Below, one piece after another: positions 28,827-38,027 of a stretch of 64,000 nt of DNA; the stretch's first letter is position 1, and the number at the start of each line of letters is the position of its first letter. This stretch comes from a virus. Under the pieces are notes generated by a model that was not told the DNA's origin, did not search any database, and saw only the letters and a program-made list of their open reading frames with translations. Location: the IMG/VR virus record IMGVR_UViG_3300001765_000256, positions 71,013 through 135,012 of that record; one strand, 5' to 3'. Both the position numbers and the translations under genes were made by a program.

Positions 28827-29849
28827 ATGATCCAATTAGTGGTACATAATAATATTAATAACAACAAGAAAGTCTTTACTATAGAGAAGATGTATGACTT
28901 TGCTGAAATGAGTAAGGTGTACGGACCTGTTATTAATAGTATCATTGGTCAGTTCAGATCGGTACGTCCTGCATGTGATGCGATTGCAGAATACCTTTCT
29001 AATGGACACCTAGATGTTGAAGTTTTAGATCCAGAAGATAATGAAGAAATATATGACCCAAATGTTGATATATCAGAAAAGCACCCTACAGATGCAAAGT
29101 CGGTAATAGACCTTAAGGATATGCTTGAGACATACGATAAATCGCAGTATGTCGATATACACGAAAGACATGTACTAGATGGAGCATCACATAGAGATGG
29201 AAGTACTCCTTTTGTAAAATCTGAGAGCCTACAAAAAGATCGCGGCAGAATTACTTTCCCTGCCGATCCTAAAATTACGAACAGACCGGACCAAGAAGTA
29301 AAACCTACATCCCTAACCTCGCAAAAATATGCTGAAAAAAGAATACAGCCAGATGCTAAAGGGCAGAGGAATATATCCTCTGTGTTTAGTAATGAAGCTG
29401 GTGGCTTACATGTAAACACTAACCCTCCATTATCATTAGACAATAATATCAATGTTAACACTAAGGAGCATGAGGGATTCCACGCATTAACAGACCTGAT
29501 CTCTAGAAAACATGGAGAAGTTAAAGCTGGTCATTTTGTTAACCACCTAGTATCTAAAATTGACCCTATGATTCACGATATGGTACATGAATCTTTAATG
29601 AATACACCTGGATATAAAGAAAAACATAACCACTCAGATCCGTCTGAAAGAAGAGGTTTCCAGGAAGAGAAGCTTGCGTTTTTGAGAGATTTCGTATCTA
29701 ATACAGATTCTAGACACAACATGAAGAGTTTCTTTGAGGGTAACCCAGATATGGGTAATTTTAATGATTTTGATGCAGCAGCTAAGAAGAGTTGGAGAGA
29801 TGTTCTAGAGGCATCTTCTAAATATAAAATTCCAGGTACTTTAACTTAA
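28827..29849 (+). CDS. protein with C-terminal zincin (HExxH) metallopeptidase-like domain
   Basis: TKEHEGFHAL plus downstream EE; FVKSESLQKD linker. Confidence 0.55.
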   Translation: MIQLVVHNNINNNKKVFTIEKMYDFAEMSKVYGPVINSIIGQFRSVRPACDAIAEYLSNGHLDVEVLDPEDNEEIYDPNVDISEKHPTDAKSVIDLKDMLETYDKSQYVDIHERHVLDGASHRDGSTPFVKSESLQKDRGRITFPADPKITNRPDQEVKPTSLTSQKYAEKRIQPDAKGQRNISSVFSNEAGGLHVNTNPPLSLDNNINVNTKEHEGFHALTDLISRKHGEVKAGHFVNHLVSKIDPMIHDMVHESLMNTPGYKEKHNHSDPSERRGFQEEKLAFLRDFVSNTDSRHNMKSFFEGNPDMGNFNDFDAAAKKSWRDVLEASSKYKIPGTLT

Positions 29850-29857
29850 GAGATAAT

Positions 29858-32470
29858 ATGACACATAATGAACGAGAAAAGCATATATTTAATCTAATTG
29901 ATGATGGTAATTGGGACTCTGCTATCGAGCATGCTAAGGCTATACCTACACACCATGATATATGGCAGAGGTTGCCGACTGCAACAGAAAGCGGAATGCC
30001 AGATCATGCTATCAATAAAGTTATCGACCACCTAGATGATAATAATATAAATTCAAGCGGTTTTATGTTCGAGCTTACACATAATCTTCAGGGGCATAAT
30101 CAAGCACCTGCATTACAACGTATAGCAAAATATATAAACGATAAGCAAGATGGATCTTATACAGAGATGAATAACGTCCTTAAGCATCCAAATTTTAAAC
30201 ATACAGATGATGACGAAAAACTTAAAGCTCCTGGCGAGTTTTGGAAATCATACGAGAGAAGAGTAGAGCCGCATCATTTTGCCGCCATTAAATCACTATA
30301 CTCTGGTAAACCAGAAAAGATTTCTCATAGAAATAAAGAAGGATCTTCTGATGGATTTTACATAGCAGACAGTTATATTTACGATTTAACTCCAGCAGCA
30401 GCCGTACATTCGTTTGATAAACCTAAAATGTATGGTGGAGCGTATGTGGCTAAGATGGATCATATAATGCCACACTTGAGAGACTATGCATCTAAAATGC
30501 AAGATAAGGTCATGAAAGACGATAATATCCACAAGAGGTATCTTAACGGTAAGGCATACATAAAAGTACATAGAGGTATCGGAGGACAGTACTCTAAAGA
30601 AATTAGAGACGCTGCCGGATACCACCCAGCCACACAGGAATATGACCATAAAAGTCTAACTGTTCCTGTAGCTCCATTTTCATCATGGACTACAGACCCA
30701 GAAATGGCAGACAGGTTTGCTACAGGCAGAGGGCATACATTAGATATGCCAGATCACGGTACTGTTATATCAAAATGGATGCCAGTAAGTGATATATTAC
30801 ATTCAGGCAATCATACCGTAGTACCTGGTCAAACAGGCGTTCATCCTACAGAACAGGAAATCGTGTTTGGCCATCCAACAGGAAAAATGAAAGTACACAC
30901 TAAAGAATTGAAATTTGAAAATAAAATGCAAAACGGCGACGCATTTAAGTCTGGTATTAAACGAGATAAAATGCAAAAAAATATTAAGGATGCAGGACTA
31001 GCTTTAGCAACAGCAACAGCCATGATGGGCGTACCACAACAACTATCAACATCTGACAATGTATTAGATAACGATATGATACAATATCACAAAACACAAG
31101 AGAAACCTACAGTTAAACCTCTTTATGGTTTAAAGTATATAGAGATGATTGAGTCTTCTGGCGGTAAGAACTTAAAGCACCCAGAAGTTAAATCTGGATT
31201 AAACGCCAATACTTCTGCTATAGGTAAGTACGCTATTATGCCATTACAGGCCATAGAGATAGCAAAAAAAGATAAAGCCATAGCTGAAAAATACCCACAA
31301 CTTCTATCTTATGATCATGTTAAAGATCAAGATAAAATTAAAAACAGTATAACATCTAATCCAGAACTAGAGACAGAACTTGCAAACTCACACTGGAAGA
31401 GACTGTATGACAGATTTAACGGAAATGAGTCTAAGATGGCTCATGCATGGTTTAATGGAATTTCTGGGACAACAAAAAAGAAATATGATGAAATAGCTGA
31501 ACATACTTATGTAAAAAAATACCATAAGTATAAAAAACTAATGCAGCTAGAAAGAAAACCAGCCAATCTAAAAAAGAGTGAGCACGATGTACCAGAAGAA
31601 ATTAGATCTATAACTAAGTTTGTTTATAATGGAAGCTCAGACAATAAGAGCTTATCTGAAGTTAAAGAGATAAACGATCTTATACAGATGAGAGCTTTCC
31701 ATGCATTAGAAAACGAAGGTCAGTTTACATCTAGTAGTTTTGTGTTAGGGAACCTACACAGCCAGTCATGGCTTATGAAAGTTGAATCAGGAAGTAGACC
31801 AGCCATTATGTCTGCTAAAACAGGGTTACAGTCTATCAAAGAAGTTGCTTTTTATGATATAGCAGATAGAGTTTTTAATCTTAAAGGTATAGTACCAGAA
31901 GCATTACTCGGAGAAGTAGATATTAAGGGAACATTAACACCAACGGCAGCTATAAAACTTCTACCTAAAGAGTTTAAACTGTCGGTAGATATGGAAAATG
32001 AGATCCCAGGCAATATGTTCAGAGTTTTAGAGAAGTATAGAAAAGCTGGAGTGTTGCATAAAATGGCAGCACTATTATATATCCTAGGTGATGGAGACTC
32101 CCATGGTAAGAATACTATGACAGATGGAGAGACATTAAGATTAATCGACCATGGAAGTTCGTTTGCCGATGAGAAATTTGACCCATCTACAGACAATAAT
32201 ATATTTATACCATATATACTTAGGGTTGGACGAATTAAAGATCATATGGAAAAAGAAGAAAAGCTAGAAAATATGCCAAAAATTGACAGTTTAGATGTAA
32301 AAAAAGACGTAAAAGCATGGCTTTTGTCTATAAATTCCGACATGTTAGAGGATAAACTTAATAATTACGACATTGATCCTTCTGCTGTTATGGGTAGATT
32401 GAAAAAATTACAATCTTTAGTTGTAAACACAGAAGAGATAGATAATACTATTAATGGAGTATGGTTATAA
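29858..32470 (+). CDS. polyvalent protein: ADP-ribosyltransferase-like + lysozyme/transglycosylase-like + kinase-like
   Basis: KVHRG..FSSWTT..EQE (R-S-E ART triad); IESSGG..AIGKYAIMP..AHAWFNG; KEVAFY..GDGDSHGKN..LIDHGSSF. Confidence 0.7.
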   Translation: MTHNEREKHIFNLIDDGNWDSAIEHAKAIPTHHDIWQRLPTATESGMPDHAINKVIDHLDDNNINSSGFMFELTHNLQGHNQAPALQRIAKYINDKQDGSYTEMNNVLKHPNFKHTDDDEKLKAPGEFWKSYERRVEPHHFAAIKSLYSGKPEKISHRNKEGSSDGFYIADSYIYDLTPAAAVHSFDKPKMYGGAYVAKMDHIMPHLRDYASKMQDKVMKDDNIHKRYLNGKAYIKVHRGIGGQYSKEIRDAAGYHPATQEYDHKSLTVPVAPFSSWTTDPEMADRFATGRGHTLDMPDHGTVISKWMPVSDILHSGNHTVVPGQTGVHPTEQEIVFGHPTGKMKVHTKELKFENKMQNGDAFKSGIKRDKMQKNIKDAGLALATATAMMGVPQQLSTSDNVLDNDMIQYHKTQEKPTVKPLYGLKYIEMIESSGGKNLKHPEVKSGLNANTSAIGKYAIMPLQAIEIAKKDKAIAEKYPQLLSYDHVKDQDKIKNSITSNPELETELANSHWKRLYDRFNGNESKMAHAWFNGISGTTKKKYDEIAEHTYVKKYHKYKKLMQLERKPANLKKSEHDVPEEIRSITKFVYNGSSDNKSLSEVKEINDLIQMRAFHALENEGQFTSSSFVLGNLHSQSWLMKVESGSRPAIMSAKTGLQSIKEVAFYDIADRVFNLKGIVPEALLGEVDIKGTLTPTAAIKLLPKEFKLSVDMENEIPGNMFRVLEKYRKAGVLHKMAALLYILGDGDSHGKNTMTDGETLRLIDHGSSFADEKFDPSTDNNIFIPYILRVGRIKDHMEKEEKLENMPKIDSLDVKKDVKAWLLSINSDMLEDKLNNYDIDPSAVMGRLKKLQSLVVNTEEIDNTINGVWL

Positions 32471-33016
32471 ATGGAACAAAAAGACGTAAAAACAATAGAA
32501 TTAGTAGGTAAAACACAGGACGGTGACGAAGTATATCATGTAGTTTCCAAAGGTGGATTACATAAAATGCTTAAAAAGACTAAACGTGGCGACTTTAATA
32601 CGCTAGGCCAGGGTAACCATAGAGCTGTAGCGCGTGTTCTTGCTAATCAATTAGAGAAGAATATTGGATGGTTCCCATCTCTTTTTAAGTCTGACGATAT
32701 GTCTTTTATTAAACAGTTTGAACTAGATAATAAGATTATACCTGACAGTACACCATCAAATCATATATCTCAAGCAGTATGGAATGCAAATGCCTCTAAG
32801 GTTGATGATCCAATGCTTAAGCTATATTATACAAGCAAATCATTATCTCACTTTCAAGCAGCTGGATTAGACATGAGTAACTCGCTTATTAAGCTTAATG
32901 ATACACTATCTAAACTAAATAAGTCAGTATCCATGGATAAACCTTTTGATGAAGAATTACTTATTATATCTTATGAAAAGAAGAACAATAAGCCGTTTCC
33001 TTCAAGTGGGATTTAA
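32471..33016 (+). CDS. hypothetical virion-region protein
   Basis: 181-aa coupled ORF with LFKSD and LNKSV motifs. Confidence 0.6.
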   Translation: MEQKDVKTIELVGKTQDGDEVYHVVSKGGLHKMLKKTKRGDFNTLGQGNHRAVARVLANQLEKNIGWFPSLFKSDDMSFIKQFELDNKIIPDSTPSNHISQAVWNANASKVDDPMLKLYYTSKSLSHFQAAGLDMSNSLIKLNDTLSKLNKSVSMDKPFDEELLIISYEKKNNKPFPSSGI

Positions 33017-33912
33017 TGGCAAGACTACCTAAATCAAGCAGCACTAGAGAAGGTCAAAGAGATGTTATAAATCAATATAACAATCCATGGGAACAGGTAT
33101 CAAGCGATAATCTGGCATGGAATGACTTTGTTTCTGGGCTTGGTATGCGTATGGCTCATTATATATATGCACCATATGTTGTAGGTGCTACAGATACAGG
33201 ATCTCTTCGTAATTATGATGAGCAGTCTGTTGCTAAAAAGAATGACAATTTAATATACGACAATAATGGCGTATATCAGTATGCTGGTGATGTATATGTC
33301 ATATGGCAGGGTAACTCAAAAAACCTTACACAGTTGCCTACAGGATACTATCCAGACAGTACAGCTACCGTAACAGTTAATAGACATTATATCAACACAG
33401 ATACGATAATAGGACTTTCTGAGTTTGACAAGCTATCACCCATACTATCAGCAGACGAAAACCCATTAGAATACGCATCTGTTAATTGGGAACAATATAA
33501 ACATAATCCGGCAGGGATTGATAGACTAATGTTTAAGGCTGTTCAGATTGAATTCTTGATGGATGCAAATGGTGTACAGTATACGCAAGGTATTGATTAC
33601 GTTTTAGATCAAGGTAATGTAAAATGGTTAAATACAGGTACTCAGCCAGGCATCAATAATCTATCGGGTGAAGGTATGATTATGTCTATACGTTACAGGT
33701 ACTTGCCCACATTTTACATTAAATATGCGGCCCATGAGTTAAGAAGTCACGCAACTATAGACCCGAACACTGGCGAAAAGAAAATGAAAAGACTTCCTAT
33801 GACAGCTGGTATTCAGATTGACTGGGTATTCCTACAAAGTTTAAAGAATCAAGAAAGTTCTGGTGATTCAACTGTTAATGCTGGTACTGGTGGAAACACA
33901 GGACCACGCTAA
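33016..33912 (+). CDS. putative neck/head-tail joining protein
   Basis: GLSEFDKL, YTQGIDY, SIRYRYLPTF, HELR, RLP pattern seen in large-myovirus neck proteins; position. Confidence 0.55.
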   Translation: MARLPKSSSTREGQRDVINQYNNPWEQVSSDNLAWNDFVSGLGMRMAHYIYAPYVVGATDTGSLRNYDEQSVAKKNDNLIYDNNGVYQYAGDVYVIWQGNSKNLTQLPTGYYPDSTATVTVNRHYINTDTIIGLSEFDKLSPILSADENPLEYASVNWEQYKHNPAGIDRLMFKAVQIEFLMDANGVQYTQGIDYVLDQGNVKWLNTGTQPGINNLSGEGMIMSIRYRYLPTFYIKYAAHELRSHATIDPNTGEKKMKRLPMTAGIQIDWVFLQSLKNQESSGDSTVNAGTGGNTGPR

Positions 33913-33916
33913 CATA

Positions 33917-33945
33917 TTGACATTAGGTTATAAGTAGTGTATATT
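33917..33945 (+). promoter_or_regulatory. sigma70-type promoter of endonuclease gene
   Basis: TTGACA-N17-TATATT. Confidence 0.7.
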
Positions 33946-33982
33946 GTAAAAATGTGTACTACTAAACCCAGAAAGATAATTA

Positions 33983-35560
33983 ATGCCAAAAGTCGGCCAA
34001 TTCTACCCTATTTCTAAACTTATAGAATCATTGCCTGATTTCATTACTATAGATAATGATACCTATAAGGGATTGTATAAAAAAGCAAGATTTATTGATT
34101 CTGAGTACGGTGAATACTGGACATACCCAAAATATATACTTAAAGGTAGATGTCATATTAAAAGGTCCAAAAGGGAAGCAGCATCCAAAATAAGACTACC
34201 TATTGAAACTATTAAAGCTAAACTTCCATCTCATATTACTATTGATGAGTCTACATACACAAATTCACGCACAAAAGCACGTTTCACAGACTCAGAATAT
34301 GGCGAATTTTGGGCAGTTCCATACAATGTAATGAGGGGATCAGGACACCCTCAAATAAAGAAGAATAATATGTCAAAAAACATCACCTTATCTGTATCAG
34401 AGGTGAAATCTAGGCTACCGGACAATATTATTATAGACGAATCGACTTATACTAAAGCAAGCGCAAAAGCTAGATTCATAGACTCAGAATATGGTGAATG
34501 GTGGAATACACCAAATAATATTTTTAATGGCCATCGTCACCCTAAAAAAGCAACAGATTCTAGTATTATACCGTTAAATAAAATCAAAGAAAGATTACCA
34601 GAACATTTAGATATAGATTCTTCTACATATATAAATACTACGGAGAAGTGTAAGTTCATAGACTCAGAGTATGGTGAATTTTGGGCAAGACCAACACATG
34701 TTTTACATCAAAATATGAACCACAGGTCACGATTTAGATTCAGATCTAAATCAGAGGATGAAGTGAGAGTTTATATATCTAGTATAGTTAATGTTAATAT
34801 TACTACTAATCAGACATTTTATGATATAATAAGTACACGTTGTGAGATCGATATATATATACCAGACAAAAAAATAGGCGTGGAGTATCACGGACTATAT
34901 TGGCATTCAGATAAACACAAACACAAATTATACCATCGAGATAAGTTAGTATCTACATCTAAGATGGATATCACCCTCCTACAGATATACTCAGACGAAT
35001 GGGAATTCAAACAGGACATAGTTAAATCGATAATTAAAGCCAAACTTGGTATTTCAGACCAGAAATATTATGCTCGTAAATTAACTATTAAAGATGTAAA
35101 CAATAATGAAGCTCAATCTTTCCTTAAAGACAGTCACTTAATGGGTGAGTATAAGTCAGCGAAGCATATCGGTCTGTATGATAAAGATATACTAATCTCA
35201 ATGATTTCTTACAAAAAGCATAAAGATGGTATTGATATATCCAGATTCTGCAATAAACTCAATACCTCTGTAGCCGGAGGCTTAAGCCGTCTTTTAAAAG
35301 AAATCGAAAAACGTGAGCAGCCTAAGTTTATCCAATCATGGGTTGATCTTAGATACGGCACTGGCGATAGCCTAAAGGCCATCGGATTTACTCATAAACG
35401 TACCACTTTAGGATGGAAGTGGACTGATGGGATTAATACTTATAATAGACTTAAATGTAGAGCTAATATGGATGGTCGTAACTTAACAGAAAAACAACAC
35501 GCTGATGAATTAGGCTGGTATCGAATCTACGACGCTGGACAGGCTTTATTTATCAGATAA
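33983..35560 (+). CDS. free-standing homing-type endonuclease (four DSEYGExW repeats + PD-(D/E)XK-like domain + GNAT-like C-terminus)
   Basis: 4x RFxDSEYGExWxxP; EIDIYIPDKKIGVEYHGLYWHS; SRFC..GGLSRL..SWVDLRYG..RIYDAG. Confidence 0.75.
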   Translation: MPKVGQFYPISKLIESLPDFITIDNDTYKGLYKKARFIDSEYGEYWTYPKYILKGRCHIKRSKREAASKIRLPIETIKAKLPSHITIDESTYTNSRTKARFTDSEYGEFWAVPYNVMRGSGHPQIKKNNMSKNITLSVSEVKSRLPDNIIIDESTYTKASAKARFIDSEYGEWWNTPNNIFNGHRHPKKATDSSIIPLNKIKERLPEHLDIDSSTYINTTEKCKFIDSEYGEFWARPTHVLHQNMNHRSRFRFRSKSEDEVRVYISSIVNVNITTNQTFYDIISTRCEIDIYIPDKKIGVEYHGLYWHSDKHKHKLYHRDKLVSTSKMDITLLQIYSDEWEFKQDIVKSIIKAKLGISDQKYYARKLTIKDVNNNEAQSFLKDSHLMGEYKSAKHIGLYDKDILISMISYKKHKDGIDISRFCNKLNTSVAGGLSRLLKEIEKREQPKFIQSWVDLRYGTGDSLKAIGFTHKRTTLGWKWTDGINTYNRLKCRANMDGRNLTEKQHADELGWYRIYDAGQALFIR

Positions 35561-35572
35561 TCATATTAAAAT

Positions 35573-35597
35573 CAACAACTTAAGTCAAAAACTTAAT
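35573..35597 (+). promoter_or_regulatory. putative late promoter motif, copy 3
   Basis: CAACAACTTA-AGTCA-AAAACTTAAT. Confidence 0.7.
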
Positions 35598-35642
35598 ATT
35601 TAAAACTTAGAACACTTAAGTTATTTCTAGAAGAGGTTATTA

Positions 35643-36065
35643 ATGTCAAAAATTAAACGAGTTCCAAAGAATCAGTCAACCCTAGCCCAAGGGGACATAT
35701 CAGCTGTTGTTTATAATCAACGTGCAGGAGCTAACAAAACCGTTTCAGTTGGTCCAGAGTTTAAAATCACTCCAGGACAGGTAACTGTAAGAGCTTTAGA
35801 CGTATCGGCTGGCATGCAGATAGCTGAAGGTACTCTTTTATCTATATACAACAACGGAGCACTTGCCTGGATCACATTCTCTCAGTCTGCTATCGGAGCT
35901 GCACCTTCAGGGTTAGCCAACGGAATACCATTAAAAGCCAATGATTGGTCGTATTTCTCTATGGGCTCTAATAAATTTGTTCGATCTAGCGCAGCCACAG
36001 TTGGTGTTTATATCGTATTAGACGAGACTAGCTTAAGTGTTATTTCTGACGACGATAATTTCTAA
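35643..36065 (+). CDS. putative small virion protein
   Basis: 140 aa, beta-rich, GAGG RBS, after late motif. Confidence 0.6.
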   Translation: MSKIKRVPKNQSTLAQGDISAVVYNQRAGANKTVSVGPEFKITPGQVTVRALDVSAGMQIAEGTLLSIYNNGALAWITFSQSAIGAAPSGLANGIPLKANDWSYFSMGSNKFVRSSAATVGVYIVLDETSLSVISDDDNF

Positions 36066-36077
36066 TAGGAGTTATAC

Positions 36078-37097
36078 GTGTACAACAGTAAATTGGTTAA
36101 ATCAATTATAGGAGCTGAGGTTTATGAGGTTCTAACAAAGAGCATCGTAAAACTCAATTCAAAATCTGTTGTTGATATTTCAGAATTACATGACGCATTA
36201 AAGATCGTTCCAAAATCAGTAATAGCCTTCCTACTTAAAAACACAGAAGATATAAAAAAAGACGGATCTAAGGAGATAAAACTTCCTTGGGCTGAAAATA
36301 CATCCATGCTTATAAACAAGATGGACTCAGATGTATATAAAGGCCATATAGTTCAAGACAGTAAAGTTATACATGAGTTTGATCTTTGCAGTATCCCACA
36401 ACTTGGCGCACATATGTTATCTTTATTTGAGATATATGATGATACACCACAAGAGCAATCACAAGAAACAAAAGAAGAATCAAAAAAAGAACATGCTGAT
36501 ATAGAGGCCATTAAGGTTCAGATAGCAAGCCTTGATAATAAGATCAACGCTCTTATTATGCTAGCAGCAGGTAAGCCAGCAGTTCAACCTACCGATAAAA
36601 AGAGTGATCTAGCAAAAGCTCTTAAGTCTTTGCAAAAAACCACATTAAAAAAGGCAGGACTCGCTCCTTCGATGCCTAAACCTCCAAGACCTGGTGTTCA
36701 TAGCGGTAGCCAACAAGGAATATCGCAATCCGGATTCCATGGACCTAAAACAGCTCATTCTGACTTAAACGCAACAGGCGGTCAATCACAGACACGTCTA
36801 AATCCTAATTTAAAGTCTGGAGCTTCACTATCTGCAAAAAACGGACTTCCACAGCAGCCTAAACAACCAAAAACTTCATTTACTATGAAATCGGAATCAT
36901 CAAACTCTAAATGTTTAGATTGCGGTGAGCCAGATATGGTTGATGGAAAATTCAGAAAATGCAGTTGCTTCAAGGTTCTTAGTAATCCAGACGTAAAAAA
37001 AAACGATAATGGAACTGTAACATTCAAGATGGCCACAGACTGGGATCAAGACAGTATTAAAGCTTTATGGAATTCATTAAGAAAGATACGTGATTAA
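36078..37097 (+). CDS. hypothetical head-region protein
   Basis: LTKS, LKKA, MKSE motifs; CLDC..CSC near C-terminus. Confidence 0.6.
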   Translation: MYNSKLVKSIIGAEVYEVLTKSIVKLNSKSVVDISELHDALKIVPKSVIAFLLKNTEDIKKDGSKEIKLPWAENTSMLINKMDSDVYKGHIVQDSKVIHEFDLCSIPQLGAHMLSLFEIYDDTPQEQSQETKEESKKEHADIEAIKVQIASLDNKINALIMLAAGKPAVQPTDKKSDLAKALKSLQKTTLKKAGLAPSMPKPPRPGVHSGSQQGISQSGFHGPKTAHSDLNATGGQSQTRLNPNLKSGASLSAKNGLPQQPKQPKTSFTMKSESSNSKCLDCGEPDMVDGKFRKCSCFKVLSNPDVKKNDNGTVTFKMATDWDQDSIKALWNSLRKIRD

Positions 37098-38026
37098 TGG
37101 AAAAAGTTATCATAGCTATCAGATTTAAGCAATTAGATTCATCACTAGCTCAAGATCCAGAGATGTTATTGGATTATACTAAGAAAAAAAGAGAAGCCGT
37201 AAGCCATGCTATATCAATGGCATTAGCAGTCGGCGGTAAAGAAATGGGCGAACATGAATCTGATATAATAATGGAGATCCCATTAGAGGCAGCGAATATA
37301 ATCAGAGATATACACTCCAGAATAGAAGATGACTTAGAGTTTTCATCAACTATCGGAGTTGGCGATAATTTTACCGATGCTAAAAAGGCATTAGATTGGG
37401 CTGTAGATAATAGACCGTCTACCATTAAAATATATGAACCGTCAATGGATACTAAGAACCTAGATAGTCAAGATAAAGATAAATTCGATCATACGCAACC
37501 ACAAGATGTAGCTATAGATCAGGATAACAATCCAATTCAGATCAAGAAGTCTGAGACTGACGATTGGGCAGACGATACAGAAAAAGTAAGCGATAGTATG
37601 AAGCAGAAGGTAGCGTCTATCGTTCAGATGTTACAGTCAAATAAAGAGCATTTAGATGCATTAAAAGACAGTAATCCTGAAGTTTACAGCGGTATTGTAG
37701 CTTTAGTCCAGTCTATATCAAGTATGGTACAGGCAGCTAAAGAAGATGATATTAAAAAACAGAGTAATACAATCAAAAAACTTGTTAGATTCCTAGATAG
37801 ATCAGAACAAGAGACTTTGGATAGTGAATCTGCTAAAGTTATGCAACTCCTTATCGATGCTCAAGAGGCAGAAAAAGAACAGCAGGATGCTAAGTTCAGA
37901 GCTAAATTTGAATCATATAAAGCTAAAAGGTCTGGTAAACATAAACGTGCTAGAGATTTTGCTAAAGAAACCGGAGCTGATCATAACTTCCTAATGAAGC
38001 TAAATGGCTTATTGAGGAGACCTTAA
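37097..38026 (+). CDS. head-region protein with degenerate mCpol/GGDEF-like N-terminal domain
   Basis: AVGGKEMGEHESDII..STIGVGDNFTDAKKALDWA resembles GG..GGDD..SxGxG..A..AL..AK. Confidence 0.45.
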   Translation: MEKVIIAIRFKQLDSSLAQDPEMLLDYTKKKREAVSHAISMALAVGGKEMGEHESDIIMEIPLEAANIIRDIHSRIEDDLEFSSTIGVGDNFTDAKKALDWAVDNRPSTIKIYEPSMDTKNLDSQDKDKFDHTQPQDVAIDQDNNPIQIKKSETDDWADDTEKVSDSMKQKVASIVQMLQSNKEHLDALKDSNPEVYSGIVALVQSISSMVQAAKEDDIKKQSNTIKKLVRFLDRSEQETLDSESAKVMQLLIDAQEAEKEQQDAKFRAKFESYKAKRSGKHKRARDFAKETGADHNFLMKLNGLLRRP

Positions 38027-38027
38027 T

